Part shown: positions 40,406 through 53,877 of the stretch, piece by piece
Layout: each line of letters opens with the position of its first letter
Position numbering within the stretch: position 1 is the first letter of the stretch
Translations under genes and position numbers: made by a program
Notes under the pieces: generated by a model
The model's input: only the letters and a program-made list of their open reading frames with translations
Databases searched by the model: none
Told to the model about the DNA's origin: nothing
Source: Marsupella aquatica
Taxonomy: Eukaryota > Plantae > Marchantiophyta
Length of the DNA stretch: 64,000 bases
Assembly (NCBI GenBank): GCA_973895155.1
Contig: OZ316892.1
Span: 23,041,168-23,105,167 of the forward strand
Direction: 5' to 3'

Positions 40406-41374
40406 GGTACACTGTTTACCGTAGTTAGTGTTACTAACACTAATTGTGTAGCTTGGAAAATTTCGAATCCCTCTTGAAATAGTCTTACTAACAGTAAATC
40501 TATATTAACACTAGTTGTGAGTGATTATTTATGGAGTGGCTATTGATACCAAAAATGTTGCATGAAAGCATGAATCTTGTTTGTAATAGAAGTCATACTA
40601 CTTGGGTGTGAAAAATGTGAGTTGAAAATAGTATGGAATTGGTTGAATTTTTGGACAATAGCATGGACAAAACATACATTAAATTGAGAGAGCCCAACTA
40701 AACCATGAGATTTACATTAATCAATCATTCATAAAACATTCTACTGTGTGTTTTCATAGGAATTATTGATATTTTTGCTATGTTAGTATGTTCCATAATT
40801 AGTGATATTTGAGCTCCAATACTCCTCTACTCACATATTAGTGTTACTCACACTATTTATAGTGTCACACTATTCCCGTAGTAACACTAAATACGATAAA
40901 TTAACAATGTAAGTCTGCAACATTGGTGCTTTGTCGTGAGGACCTGTTTCTTCTTTGTTTATAGACCATAGTCAAATTGCATCACTACCCACAATCAGAA
41001 AATAAAGGGTACCATGTGTATCCAGTCAAGCAAATTTAATCCTTTATTTCTTGCATTCCACGTCTCCTCCAATCAGCCAATTAAATAAATGTATTTTCCC
41101 TTTGTGATGCATTATTATAGTCTTGGTATGTATCTTGCATAAAATAAGAGGAGGACCCCCTTTCACCTAGCCTTGTCACGACTACCATATGAGGGAACTT
41201 AGGAGTGATAATTGAGAAATGAAATGAATTAAGTTTTCTCTAATGAATTGTGTGATATGGATCTTGAGCAAGGTAAGTGCATGAATGTCCAGGCCTATGA
41301 ACATCTCCACCGGTGGGGGTATATATATTATATTATATTTGGCTTTGAAAAACAATGCAAGTGTAGTTCACCAA

Positions 41375-41744
41375 TGCTTAACACATAGATACATTCACAA
41401 CAACAAACACATGATCAGCCATTTCATAAGTAGTAAACACACAAAGATACATGGTTCACCTCAGTTGAGGCTACGTCCATGGGAACAAACAAGAGTTTTA
41501 TTGCACTCTAGGCCCGTCGGCCATACCTCGGTCCATACCAAGTCTTTGCAAGACAAGTTCTCCCTGTCTCTCAAATTGGCTCTATAACAATGAGTTTGAC
41601 TTCCTCCTATCCAAGTAAGCACTGCTTGGGGGATATAGTCCCGAATATAGTGTGGAACATGACTAACCTAACCAATTAACTAAAGTTAGCTCTAACTATG
41701 GTTACAAACTTTGTAACTCTAGACCTAAGAGTAAATGTCTGACA
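41375..41744 (-). mobile_element. Solo LTR, same family as 7617-7960
   Basis: 'acaaagatacatggttcacctcagttgaggctacgtcca..tatccaagtaagcac..taactctagacctaagagtaaatgtctgaCA' aligns by eye with 7617-7960. Confidence 0.7.
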
Positions 41745-43529
41745 TATAAAAAATATTCCTAGGATATTCTCCATAGGCTGACATTGGCTAGTAATGAGAA
41801 ACCTTAAAAATACCTTGACCTCAACTACACAAGACGTTTAGATGTCTAGACACTACTCCTTTAGCCTACCCTGAGCCTACACGCAGTCGACTGGTGGAGA
41901 CTACATTTTTTATCCAAACATCACATATGACGATATAGCTACAGTGGGGATGCTCTAAAGACTTATACGTATTTTCCAAACCCTTTAACATGTGGACATA
42001 GCACTTTTACCTACCTTGATCACAACTCTAATTATCACTCACCACACTGAATACATGGTGGCTGAACATAACATAAGGTCTCAAATCTGTGAAGCTCCTA
42101 TAAATCACACATTTCATCAAGATGTTCCAAGGAATTTGTGAAAACTTATGAAGAGCATAGACATGATTGTTTGTAATGCAGGTAACACCTTTCCTTTGTG
42201 AGAGCTAACATTTATCCAATTTAGAGTCAAGTTAATAAGGTCTATAGTCATTCTTTATATGAAAATGTCATGTTACTCTATGTAAGTAGTCAATTAGTTG
42301 ATGCTTGGATGTACCTCAATGTTTGAGATCAAAACTACATTGGACCTAACACTTTTTGATACCACAGAAAGTTAGCATTTATACAAATGAAAGATACTAA
42401 TGTAGAGAAAGTGGGACAGGGTCACAGTTTGCCAAACCCGGTAGTAACATAGTACCAAACTATAATTGTGTATGTAAGTTAAAAGACAAATCGGTGTGTT
42501 AAAGGTGATTGGACTTTTTTTTATTTTTCCGTGTTAGCTCTAATAAGTTCTTGCCGCAAGCAGGAACCGGAGTTGAGAAAGGAATTTGGTCCAAGTGTGG
42601 CATAGAAGCCACTAAGGGGCCCCCAGCAATTGGAGGCTTGGGTGTGGGCATCTGGTGGGTGGGGGCTGGCCGGAGGTTTCATATGAGGCACAAGGCGAGA
42701 AAAATGGTTGAAACATAGAAAACATTGAAACTTAGAACATGATTTTAACCGCTAGTGTCACTCCAACCATGGTCATGTTTGAGTTCATTTTGAAGCCCTC
42801 AACAAGCCCCATGCAAAATCAATCCCCTAGATGTGTTCAGGTCTACATAAACAATATCATCCCAAGGAATTTTAGTGCCCATAAAATGGAAAAACTACGC
42901 GGCCTAGTAATCATGTTGGTGGGATGACCCTAAGAAGGATGGGGTTCCCACATTTATGTTCCCTTTCCCTCGTTCACACTTTGTAGGGCTCCCACAATTC
43001 CCCCTTCCCCTTCCTCACACCAAAGAAGGATTCCCACATTTCCCCCCTTCTTCACACAAGGAAAGGATTCCCACACTTTCTCCCATCCCCTTTCTTCATT
43101 TGTTGGGTTCCCACCCTTTTGCCTTTGTGCTCGCTTTGGATGAGTTTGCGGACTTTGATGGTACAAACATCCATTTTTTACCATCCCATAATGGTATTTT
43201 ATGGGGGTTATTGAGAGAGCTTGCCGAGCTGAACCATTAAGGTGTGACCCAATTGGCGTTGAAACTCGGACTGCCATATCTTGGTAATTTGAAGTCCGCT
43301 TTACAAACCATTTTAGGGCTACGATCAGGAAGACCAAGGCTATCCAGATATTTTCTCATAAGTGGATTATAAGAAGGTTTTTTTTTTACAATTGGTGGGG
43401 CTCCCTCCTTTTGTAGCGGACTGATGGTGGCAACCAAGAGGATTGAGGCCGATGGACATGACAAACTTGTCAGTTAGATATGATAAGTTGAGTGGGTAGA
43501 TGCGATAGAGAAGGGGCTAATATCAAAGA

Positions 43530-44410
43530 TTCATTTAGTTATGATAAGGCAACGGGGAGTTTCATGTATTTGAAGACTTGCGCTAGACCTGATCTTGCCA
43601 TGGCTATGCTAAGGTGAGCAGGTATATGTTGAATCCAAGGAAAGTACATTGGGAAGCATTGAAGTGGATTATCAGGTACATGAAGGGTACCATGGATCAT
43701 GGTCTTTTGTTTGATGCAAATGCAAAGAATGCTAGATCATTGATTGGCTATGTAGATTCTTACTATGGACAAGATCTGGATCGGAGGAGATCAACAACAA
43801 GGTATGTGTTCACACTTGATGGTGGATGTATAAGTTGGAGGTCTACTTTGCAAAAATTAGTTCACTCTACTACAAAAGGGGAATATGTTGCAATAGTGAA
43901 AGCAACAAAAGAAACCATTTGGTTGGATAGATTTATCACTGAGATGAGATTGTCAGAGGGGGATGTGAAGCTCCATTATGATAGTTCTCCATCTTTTACC
44001 ATAACTTCCTGTTGAGGAATTATATAGGTTGTTGTATTACCCTCCCCTTGACCAAAGTCAAAAGGGATATTGTTAGGTATTCACTCTTAGGTCTTAGACC
44101 AACTTACAAAGGGGAATGTGAAGCTCCATTGTGAAAGTCCAAGTGTTCCTCAATGGGAAGTTCTCCATCATTGTGATAATTTCTCCACCTTGTTGTGAAC
44201 CAGGTGACGGACAACAAAGTGCAGCATATTGATGTCAGGTACCATTTTATCAGGAGGCTATGTTCAATAATTTATTTGAGCTAGTCAAAATTGATGGTAA
44301 ACTCAACCCGGCTGATGCCTTTACTAAAGCGGGTATCAAAGTGATTCCTTTAGAGAGTTTCTCTAGACATCGTGACGTGTTGCAAGTTTTGCAATTGCAT
44401 CACAAGTAGG
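43530..44410 (+). mobile_element. Degenerate Ty1/Copia RT C-terminus and RNase H
   Basis: 'RPDL..', 'SRYMLNPRKVHWEALKWIIRYMKGT', 'LIGYVDS..DLDRRRSTT.YVF..GGCISWRS.LQK..ST..EY', then 'HIDVRYHFIR' and 'NPADAFTK'. A purine-rich PPT-like 'gaagtgagggaat' followed by TG occurs at ~44521-44535. Confidence 0.92.
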
Positions 44411-45724
44411 TTGTTTTAACATTCATTGTAATTACTAATATACATTCTTCCTCATTCCTATGTATTAGGCTATGGCTTAGTTCTAGTTTGCTCAAGTTAG
44501 AGAAGAACTTATTGCTGAGCGAAGTGAGGGAATTGAACAGACAATAATCTTACTAGTTAATCTCGAACATAAGCTACTTTCAAGGGCTAGGGTCTAGAGT
44601 GAAGCCTCTAGAGTGTAACCCTATATAAGGACAAAGCTAGACTAAAAAATAAGGACAAAATTGGACTCTAAAGAAGGACAAATTACGTGAGGGTGAACAA
44701 AAATGGGGACAGGGCAAATATACTTGGGAGATGGCATAGAATTCCTTTTTGGGGAAGATATTTTTTAGTCTTCGTCTCTGTTTATGTTCAAGGAACTGGT
44801 AATCAGGCTAGTGTTGTCAATTGTCCGTTTGTGTGGAAGGCAAAAACAAAGGGCTATAGTATAAATAACCTGTTGACATGGTAAATGGCAACACATCCAA
44901 GTGAAAAGATGTACATTTTGCATTGTAAACAACAAATGAGGGTCCATGTTTCACCCAACACTACAGGGACTAACATTTTAAGTGAACTGTTCTCAAAACG
45001 GAGGGATGTTGTAAATAGTAACCTACAATGTACCTTAGAAGTAGAGGAATGGACCTTGGGATGCTAGAACAGAATTTCAAGAGTCTAGCTCACTCAAGAG
45101 ATCTTCCATGAGGGGTATGCTCATTCTTAAGGGGAAACTGCAAGAAGGGGAAACTGCAAGAACTGAAAGCTCTGCTATAAGTGATGATAGATGAAAAGGT
45201 AAGCTCTCTTTGGAGCTAGGAGCCATCAGTTTCAAGCTCTAAGACATTGTTATAGTTTGACCACTTTTTGTACCGGGTGTGTGATTAAAGGGCTCTTTGA
45301 TCACGAGATGGAACAGAGGTCTGCTTTGTATTTTCTATTGTCTCACTCTCATACTTTCTTGTATATTTGGAAATAAGGTGGTATTATTCCTGATGACCAA
45401 ATCTGCCTGGTATTTCCTAGCATCTTGGTATGATATGTCCTTGTCTAATTGGGAATATGCTATTCTTATTTGCGATTATTATTCTATGTGATACGGAGGG
45501 AGTTTTGGGATCCTATTAGTTCACTTCTTTAAGCCCTGCCCGGAAGTTTATTTTGTAGAATGGAAGCTCTTTATCAAGAGAAATTGTTGGGAGAGAATAG
45601 GGCAGAGAGTTAAATATACTCCACAGTCTAGACCAGACAGCTCTGTTTAACTTGACTATGTGGTCACAATTATGGGTTATGACTATAAGCAACTGAAAGT
45701 TCTTCCATGTGGGGACTTATCCAA

Positions 45725-46590
45725 ATGAGAGCCCCTGACATTCCATTTGGACAACTCCCTTCATGGAGACGTTACCCTACTCATTGGTTCAGTCAACCAT
45801 AACTAGCAGCAAGACGAAAGCTTACAAATGAAAGCCCTAGGACATTCATTTTGGACAACTCCCTCCAGGGAGACCTTTACCTTACACATTGGTTAAGTCA
45901 ACCATAGTCAGCGAGAAAATTGGAAGGACTCAAATCAAAACCCTCAGGCCTTCAGCCCCGTCATTTTCAACACCTCCCTCTAGGAAGACCTTTACCCTGA
46001 GGCCCTTACCTGACATGTTGGTTCAGTCAACCATGGTTAGCAAGCATGATGGAAGCACATTGGTTCACTCAACCATAGTTAACCAGCGAACTGGAAGAAC
46101 TCAAATGAAAACCCTCAGGCCTTCAGCGCCGTCATTTTGGACAGCTTCCTCTAGGAGGACCTTTACCCTGAGACCCTTACCTGACATATTGGTTAGCGAG
46201 CAAGATGGAAGCGCGTTGGTTCACTAAACCATAATTAGCTAGCGAACTGGAAGAACTCAAATGAAAGCCCTCAGGCCTTCAGCACCGTCATTTTGGATAA
46301 CCCCCTCTAAGAAGACCTTTACACTGAGACCTTTACCTGGCATGTTGGTTCAGTCAACCATGGTTAGTGAGCAAGATGGAAGCACGTTGATTCTCTCAAC
46401 CATAGTTAACCAGCGAACTGGAAGAACTCAAATGAAAGCCCTCAGGCCTACAGCGCCATCATTTTGGACAACTCCCTCTAGGAAGACCTTTACCCTGAGA
46501 CCCTTACCTGACATGTTGGTTCAATCAACCATGGTTAGTGAGCAAAATAGAAGCACGTTGGTTCAGTTAACCATAGTTAGCTAGCGAGAT
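45725..46590. repeat. ~171-bp tandem repeat (about 4 full plus partial units) just upstream of the RRM gene
   Basis: 'ctcaggcct' at 45943, 46114, 46270 and 46441 (spacings 171/156/171). The unit includes 'tcattttggacaactccctctaggaagacctttaccctgag' and 'ttggttcagtcaaccat'. Confidence 0.9.
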
Positions 46591-46883
46591 GGAATCACAG
46601 ACTGAAGTAACGACAGAAAACCGAAAAGGAAAGCAAAGGAAAGGAAAGCAAAGGAATGGGTCGACTGACGCACCGATTGATTAGGGTTGAGATCATTGAA
46701 CGAAGGAGGGACGAGAAAACATCGAGAAAAGCCCACGTTTTCTGCATGAATGTCCACAGATCGATCGATCTACTATGCGACTAAGCTACGAAACGATAGC
46801 AGTCGACGTGTCGATCGAGGCCCGCGGCAGGAGTTACTGCCCCGTAATTTTTCAGACTCGATGGTGTGTTGAATTCGTCGCGC

Positions 46884-49691
46884 ATGAGTAGGAGGGCCCC
46901 GCTGCTGCAGCAGCAGCTCGAAAGCTCTGTTCATGCTATGGCTCCCGATGCTGCATCTGCTGCCAGGGCCCTTTGGCAGCGCTGCGTGCGTGAGCTAAGA
47001 GGACGGCGACCGTTTCTTGGTGGTGCTGCTGCTCGAGTGGATGCTGGAGCGGAAGCTTCCGCTGCAGTTGCAACAGGCACATTGCCGGGGACCGGCGTAG
47101 GTCGAGTTTCAGAGCAGTCGAGTTTGCTGTCATCTTTCTCATGGGGGAGAGCAGCGGTAGCGAGAGCTTCCTGCACGGCGGTGGGGAGAGGACCGGTCTG
47201 GTGTCTCGCGAGACAGCACAATTTTGCCGCTTCTGGGAGCTCAATTTCGTCTTCGGAGCATTCCTGTCGATTGAATGCGATGCCATTGTCTACGGTGCCT
47301 GCAAGAGAGCAGCATGCTTCCGAGGGTGTCCCCGCGGAGGCTGTGACTTCGACAGAGGCGGTTGTTGCAGAGGGTGAGACTTCCTTGGAGCTTGAATTTG
47401 CACCTGAGATTGAGAGTACGCCCTCCACTCCTCTGGTGCAAGCTATTCAACAACTGGAGGAGACTGTCTCTGCCGAGGTTTCATCCTCTTCACAAGAGCA
47501 AGTTCTTCGGAATGCGTTTACAGACACTGAGATACCTACAGCTGGAGCTCAAGCAGCTCAACCTCTGCTGGTAACCGATTCTGATCGAGTCGTTGAGCCA
47601 GGACGAATTTATATTGGAGGATTGCCTTTCAGATTGATGGGAGAGGAACTCAAAGATGGTACGCGACGTAACCCTAATTGATGGCCTTGAGCCAATTTAG
47701 ACCTGCATTTGTGGTTTGGATGAAATTTATTCTACTTCCAATTTTTCTTTGAAACGAAATAGAAGGGGGAAGTAGCAGTCAATCGAATGGTCTTCAGAAG
47801 AACATCGGTCCAAATAATTCCATACCGTGTTGAGAAATCCCTCGACGCCTAGCTATGGATCAGCGGAGTATCAATGTGTCCCACTTCTTGCATTATCTCC
47901 CTGCTCTCAGCATAATGTGTTGGTCTGGGTGTTTCTTCATCTATCCCTAAGCAATAGGAAACGAACTTGTAAAATCATTATGTTTCCCTCTTGATTACCA
48001 TGCAAGAGTCTTCTTGAAGTTTTTGAATTTTTTTTCGTAATTTCTGTTAAAGTTGTTTTTGGCTTTATGGCAAATTTGGAATTTGCCAGTCGATGCCAAA
48101 AGTGAGCAAACTGATTCATTTGGCAAACTGAAAGTTGTTTTTGGCAAATTTGCAAGACAGTATACATGGGATCCCATGTGAACTGAAGAGAGCAGAAGGC
48201 GATGTGTTTGTTAATTTTAGTTAAGCTGAGTTGTTATTATTATCAAGTCAGTCCCGTTTGTAATTTGAATTTGTATCAGTTGCCTTAAGTCTTTGTGAAA
48301 CCTGTAGTTTTCACGGAGTCACTGTTAACTATATTCGGTGCCTAGGACAAGATCTTAAAGATCTGTCTAATCCGCAATGTGAATCATCAAAAGGTTGAGG
48401 CACATCTATCATGAGACTGTTGAAATGTACACATTTCGCCCTCTCTGAAACCGAAAGAGTGAACTGTAACTAATTTTGCAAATCTCTTCCAGAATTGCGT
48501 GAGCTTTGTGGTAAGTATGGAAGTGTCATGGACATTAATCTTGCACAGCACCGAAATCAAAGCCAAAAGTCAATTGTAAGCTCTTGAACCCTCCTGTCTC
48601 GAGTTGAGTCTCGAGGCAGTCTGTATGCACAGTTTTGGTGCTCTTAAATTGAATTCTGATTCTACTTGGCAAGGATCCAATGTTTGAATGATTCAATATG
48701 CCCATTCAGTGGTCCAAATAGAGAATGACCAAACCTTGATTGTCGTCAGGCGTCCGGTAAGCACCGAGGATTTGCTTTTGTGAAAATGGAGACTCCAGAG
48801 CAAGCACAAGCAGTCATTGACAAGCTGAACGGTACATCAGCTTGGGGAAGAGTTTTGATGGTAAGTAATCTAATCCTCGCAGTTTTGACGTTTTGAGAAT
48901 CAGTTTGCTCACATTTGGCATCGACTGGCAGTTGAAGTGAGAAGCAACTAGATTTTCAACAACGCTGCATCGTTATTGCTTTTGCAGGTGAGCTATGGCC
49001 TGAAGAAAATCGAACCTGACCCCGTAGAGAAATCGACAAGCAAAGATATAGCTCCCTTACGATGTAAATTGTTCGTGGGGAATCTGCATGAAGGCACATC
49101 TCGAGAAGATTTGGCGACCAAGTTCCAGCAATACGGTACCGTCGTCGATGTCAAGGTTTGTGCTTTTCTTGCTATGTTTTTCAATTCGGTGTGTTCGAAT
49201 TTCAGATGGACCTCACTTCAGTAAAACGGGCTAAAATTGTTCTCTATCTGTGCCCAAATCGTAATTCAATTAATGTGGGTCGCGTGAAGTTATAGTGGTC
49301 GGACCTGCCAAATCCTCTGACTTGTATGTGTTTTAACAGCTGATCACTGAAGTCCACTCGAATAGATCGCGTGGTTTCGGATTTGTCACATTTGCAGAAG
49401 AGGTAATTTTCAGTTTCTTCACTACTCCAGTATTGTCGACCTCGGCCATACTTATGCTTGATCTTTCTCTCCAGGAAAATCAGTCGGGACCATCTGGCTC
49501 TCAAATGGTGTGCTGAAATTACTACAGTTTGGGTCCTATGATATAGAATGTCCAATGTGCCTTTACTGAAGTTGTAATTTCTTGTTGTGATGCAGGGACA
49601 GGCAATAAAGGCTGTCCTGGATTGCGATGGCTCAATTTTGGATGGCTCCTCCATTAGAGTAAATATTGCAAAATATCCCCAAGGTTACTGA
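46884..49691 (+). CDS. Two-RRM RNA-binding protein with N-terminal organellar transit-peptide-like and acidic regions (cpRNP/organellar RRM-like), 431 aa (413 aa from ATG 46938)
   Basis: Exons 46884-47658, 48493-48575, 48750-48860, 48988-49155, 49340-49402, 49596-49691, all GT-AG and frame-consistent. RRM1: RNP2 IYIGGL, RNP1 RGFAFV. RRM2: RNP2 LFVGNL, RNP1 RGFGFV; ends DGSILDGSSIRVNIAK. The N-terminus is A/R/S-rich, followed by an E-rich linker. Confidence 0.92.
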
Positions 49692-52600
49692 AAGGCGTGA
49701 CTTCGGTAACGTGGCCCCCACATTAATCGGCTGATGATTTTGCTTCGAATTGAGGTGTACCTGTTATGCTGATGAGCAATGTCAGCAGGGTTTGCTTTAC
49801 ATCATCATCCCTACCCCAACACTCCATGGAAAACTGACTTCCTGGACAATGTCGTTTACCAGACACGAATTATCGGGTGGGATACACCCTGAGCTATACT
49901 TAACCGATCATCCGTTTCTATGAGGTGGTCGCAGTCGCACTTTACTGGCTGGCACAGATTCCGGCTTGCCTACAGTGGGCAATGAGAGTCTGGGGCTTTG
50001 AACACCGTGAGGAACTCTTTCAAAGTCATGGGCTCGATTGTTGGCACGGTTCACTCGACGGATGGTTAGCTTGTGCAATGAATGTGTACCTCCCTGTATG
50101 TCGGGGATTTCACAGGCTTAGACCGAGCGTCAGTTTCAAGCGCCGTTTCAGTTATGTTTGTGATTAGCACCTCAAATGCAGCTTGTTTGGGGCTTCGGCA
50201 CTGACACGCCTTGAAGAGGTCACTTGGTGTAGAGTTTTATCATCCTGTATGTGCTGAGGTGGAGTATTTTCGTCCTCGTCAGATAATGGGACGCTTTTCG
50301 ATGATTAGGAGGTTTTGTTGTAGGCCAGTAGTGGCTTAACAGGAGTTATCCTGAGATTGTTGAAAGCATTGGCGAACTAGCTTGTTCTCTTGCATGCGTA
50401 TACTTGTGGATGAAGTATATCTCAATCCGAGGGGTTGAAAAACACTTCGTGGTAAGAAGTCATTTCCCAGTAGGAAATTGGTATCTACAACTCCGTCAAT
50501 CTTAGAAGCAGCAGTTGGCGGATGCAGGGTTCTGGTTTTCCCGTCAATATTCTACTGGAGGTAAAGAGTCCCTTCTAGCAGTCATATTTTTGGCAAGAAT
50601 GAGATAGAAGGACGTGAAAAATACATACATGATCTGAGAATACTGTTTGTGTTGAAGTTAATTATATCGAAGTTGACGTTGATTGTCTTCGATCGAATTG
50701 TGTGGGAAGATGGCTTTTTTGAATTCGTGCTCAGAAGGCATCTCCAGGGGAAAGGCCAGCAAGATCCTAAAACTTGTCAATGATCTGTCCCAACTTTTGC
50801 CTATTTTTGACGAAGTGAGGGAATGAATTCTCATGTAGGTGCGGTCAGAGTGACAGTACGAACCTACTACTGTTCTGTGTGTCATGGTTCAAATTTGTGT
50901 GCTGTTTTATGACAGGCTGTGTCACGAAAACTACTACGACCTTATGGCAAGTATTGAGGTGAATTTGCTGTGATTCGCGAATCTATTGTGTTTGGAAGAA
51001 TGTCTTTCGTCCCATCTCATCTGGCCAGTGTCTACGTCAGACCCTGAACTCAAGAAACGACAAGAGTGCAGAACGGCTCTTAGGACCCTGTAGAGTAGGT
51101 CCCTGTAGAGTTCTTGATTTCGGTGAGCTGACCCTTCAATGTCAGGCGTCAATGGGTTGCACCACCCGGAGGAATTGTCTGCAAAGCGTCATCGTCCTCT
51201 CGACACGCTTCCTGTGCAAAATGCAGGTAATCTAATGAACGGACTAGTTGATGTATGAATTATTGCTATTGTAAAATTGGGGGGAAAATTGAGTCACGAA
51301 TTTTTGGGGTGGGCAGTGAAAACCAGTCCATTAAGGGGACCTTTGATTTGGTAGCGCTTCGAGCTCTGCCTGAGACGACAAATGATCGCAGCGACGTGCT
51401 TATGACATACCAGTTATTGCTTGGCTGTAATAAGATCAGTGAAGATTTGGATTAGTGGCACAGAGAAGTTTTCCCCCAGGATCAGCTCAGGAGGTTCTTG
51501 TACCCACAGTGGATAATTCTTCAAAACTGCAGCAGCTGTGTGCGTATTGTGAAACTCGACTCCATCACTTTCATACAGGACTGGACTTCATAGCCGAGCC
51601 TTTCAAGTGTTTGTCTCACTTCGAATACGGTTATGATTGTCAAAATAGTACCTCACATTTCACGATGAAAGAGAGATGGAATAGCTGTAAATGCCAGGGC
51701 TAGGACGGCAACAAGTCACGTGAATCAATGACTTGACAAGGAGATAGACTCAACAAAAATCATGCCATAATTTTGGCCCATGAAAGTACTTCACCGTCAA
51801 TAATTGAACACTAATCTTAGGCACTACTGAAAATTATTCTAGGTACTAATCTCGGAGCCCCCCAGGACGAAGTGCTACTGGAATGCTATTCTGGCAAGGA
51901 ACATAACGAGATAAAGAAGGAAGTTGATGTTCAGTCGCGAGGAACTTGATGGCCCGCCCCGAGTCAGTAGCTATGGTGACCATCAAGTTTGTTTGGCCGA
52001 ACAACGAGGAAGACAAGGAGAATAGTGTAGGTCCAGGCTAATGTTGTAGATAGTGATACTCCACTGCTGAGACAGAGTTCTCATGACGTATCAGGCTAGT
52101 TCCGCAAGTGCTTCTACAGAACTTTCTGGTAACAAAGTACCGTTCTACATATGATTATTTGCAAGATAATGTAGCAGCTTTACAAAGCTAAACCTTCATC
52201 ACATTCATCACGAGCTTCAAGTATTCTTTCGCCCTATCATTGGGATTGATCAGTGTATTCTGGTCCCCTTTTGATTCAAGTATTCTTTCGCCATGTCGTT
52301 GGGATTGATCAGTGTGTTCTGGTCCCCTTTTGATAAAACTGAATGATTTTTATACATGAAACTGTGTATGCATTTTTCTGTCTGAATTGTTACAAGGAAT
52401 CACCGTCGGCCATGACACAGAAATAAACCTGCCAAGAAACACGAAGAGAGTGCCTCTCCTACAGAGAAAACAGAACCTAACGGAAAGGAATGGACTTGCC
52501 ATGACCAAGCTCCCATGGATCACACATGGATCACACATGGATCACAATGTTGGTCTTTGAAACTCCCATGGATCACATTTTCCAAAATTCTAATTTAATT

Positions 52601-53130
52601 GTAATAATTTGATGTTCATAAATTCAAATATTTTTAGTTTTGAGGATGTGCTAGAGGAGTAGGTAAGCTACATCATCAGAGTGACAATGATTTTTTTGAC
52701 TATTTTGGTTGAATTATTCATCATGGAATGCATAGGGGTAGATTCTATTAGATTAATGTTCAATTGTATTAATATGAAATATTGGCGTTTGTGTTGTTTT
52801 ATGTCCCCTCCTTCTCTAGTTGCCTTGCCAATGAAGAACAAAGGTTTTTAGACTCATAATCATCAAGTTATAAGCCCAAAACTCCCATGGACCATCAGAA
52901 TGTGGTGCACAGGAGCATTGCGTCCAAGTGGTGGTCCATCCGGGCTTGACTGTCTGAGGCAACTGAGAAGTGTTCTCCTTTGAAAAAAATTCCTTTTCCA
53001 TCCACTCAATACGGGACTCCGTAAGTGGATTATGCATTTCATTGCGGGGTTCTCTAAGGCAATTATGGATTTTGGTGGTGTCAGGAGGTAAGATTATGGT
53101 AATGGGGATAAATGAAGGAAAGTTTGACCC

Positions 53131-53399
53131 AATGTAATTCCTGCCAGGAAGAAAGGTTACTGGTGTGTAACCTTTTCTACTGGGTGCTACCATTTCCATA
53201 AGCCCGGAAAGTCTTACCCGGTAATCTTTTTTCGAGGTAGGTCTTACATATGATAATGACTGTTTGGGCTGGGGTTCTAGTCTGAAACCTGTTCCTACAA
53301 AGCTCAAAAAATTTCCCTGCTGCTGCCTGTCAACATTTCTTCACTTTCTGGTCAGAGGGTTCCAGACTAGTAACCCCAGACCAAACCTTCATTACCCTA
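53131..53399. repeat. ~270-bp dispersed repeat, copy 1 (upstream of the NLR)
   Basis: Co-linear with 62487-62756; includes the near-identical block 'atgactgtttggg.tggggttctagtctgaaacctgttcc.aca.agctcaaaaaa'. Confidence 0.9.
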
Positions 53400-53619
53400 T
53401 AGGGAACCCAAGACCAAAGAGTCATTACCCTATACGTTAACCTCACACCCAAACCAAACCGTTTATTGCCCTATATGTTAATCACACCACCAACCCCTGA
53501 TTACGATCACTACTCTCCATATTATTGTCCGGCTCCACTTGGTCTTCATCCTTTCTTGGCTAGGAGCTTCTTCCTACCACATCCTTGTCTTACTCGAGAG
53601 GGGCTGTTGGAACTCAAAT

Positions 53620-53877
53620 TGGCTTAGGTCAATTGGCTAGGGGATTTGCCTCAAACTGAGGTTCAATCCCCTCTCCACACACAGGAGGGTATATGTGTGT
53701 GGGTGGGATGGGTTTTGTGGGTAGTGGATTGAAATTCTGATTATCTGTTCCTCCCCTGGTTGCCCACTTTGTGACCCTGATTTAATATTCTCTCCTTCAT
53801 GGTGCGGGTCCCTTGGGATGGGAGAGAGGGATGGGATCAGTTGGGGCTCACCCTGGTCTGGTTCAATAAAGAAAAAG
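53620..53877 (+). mobile_element. Candidate tRNA-derived SINE
   Basis: A-box-like TAGGTCAATTGG (53625-53636), B-box GGTTCAATCCC (53660-53670), ~200-nt body, A-rich tail 'aataaagaaaaag' (~53865-53877). No clear TSD. Confidence 0.55.

Noticed and set aside
45889-46584. Repetitive ORFs of 112 and 107 aa
   Set aside because: By-products of a tandem repeat with unit length divisible by 3; non-ATG start or interrupting stops, and no domain motifs.
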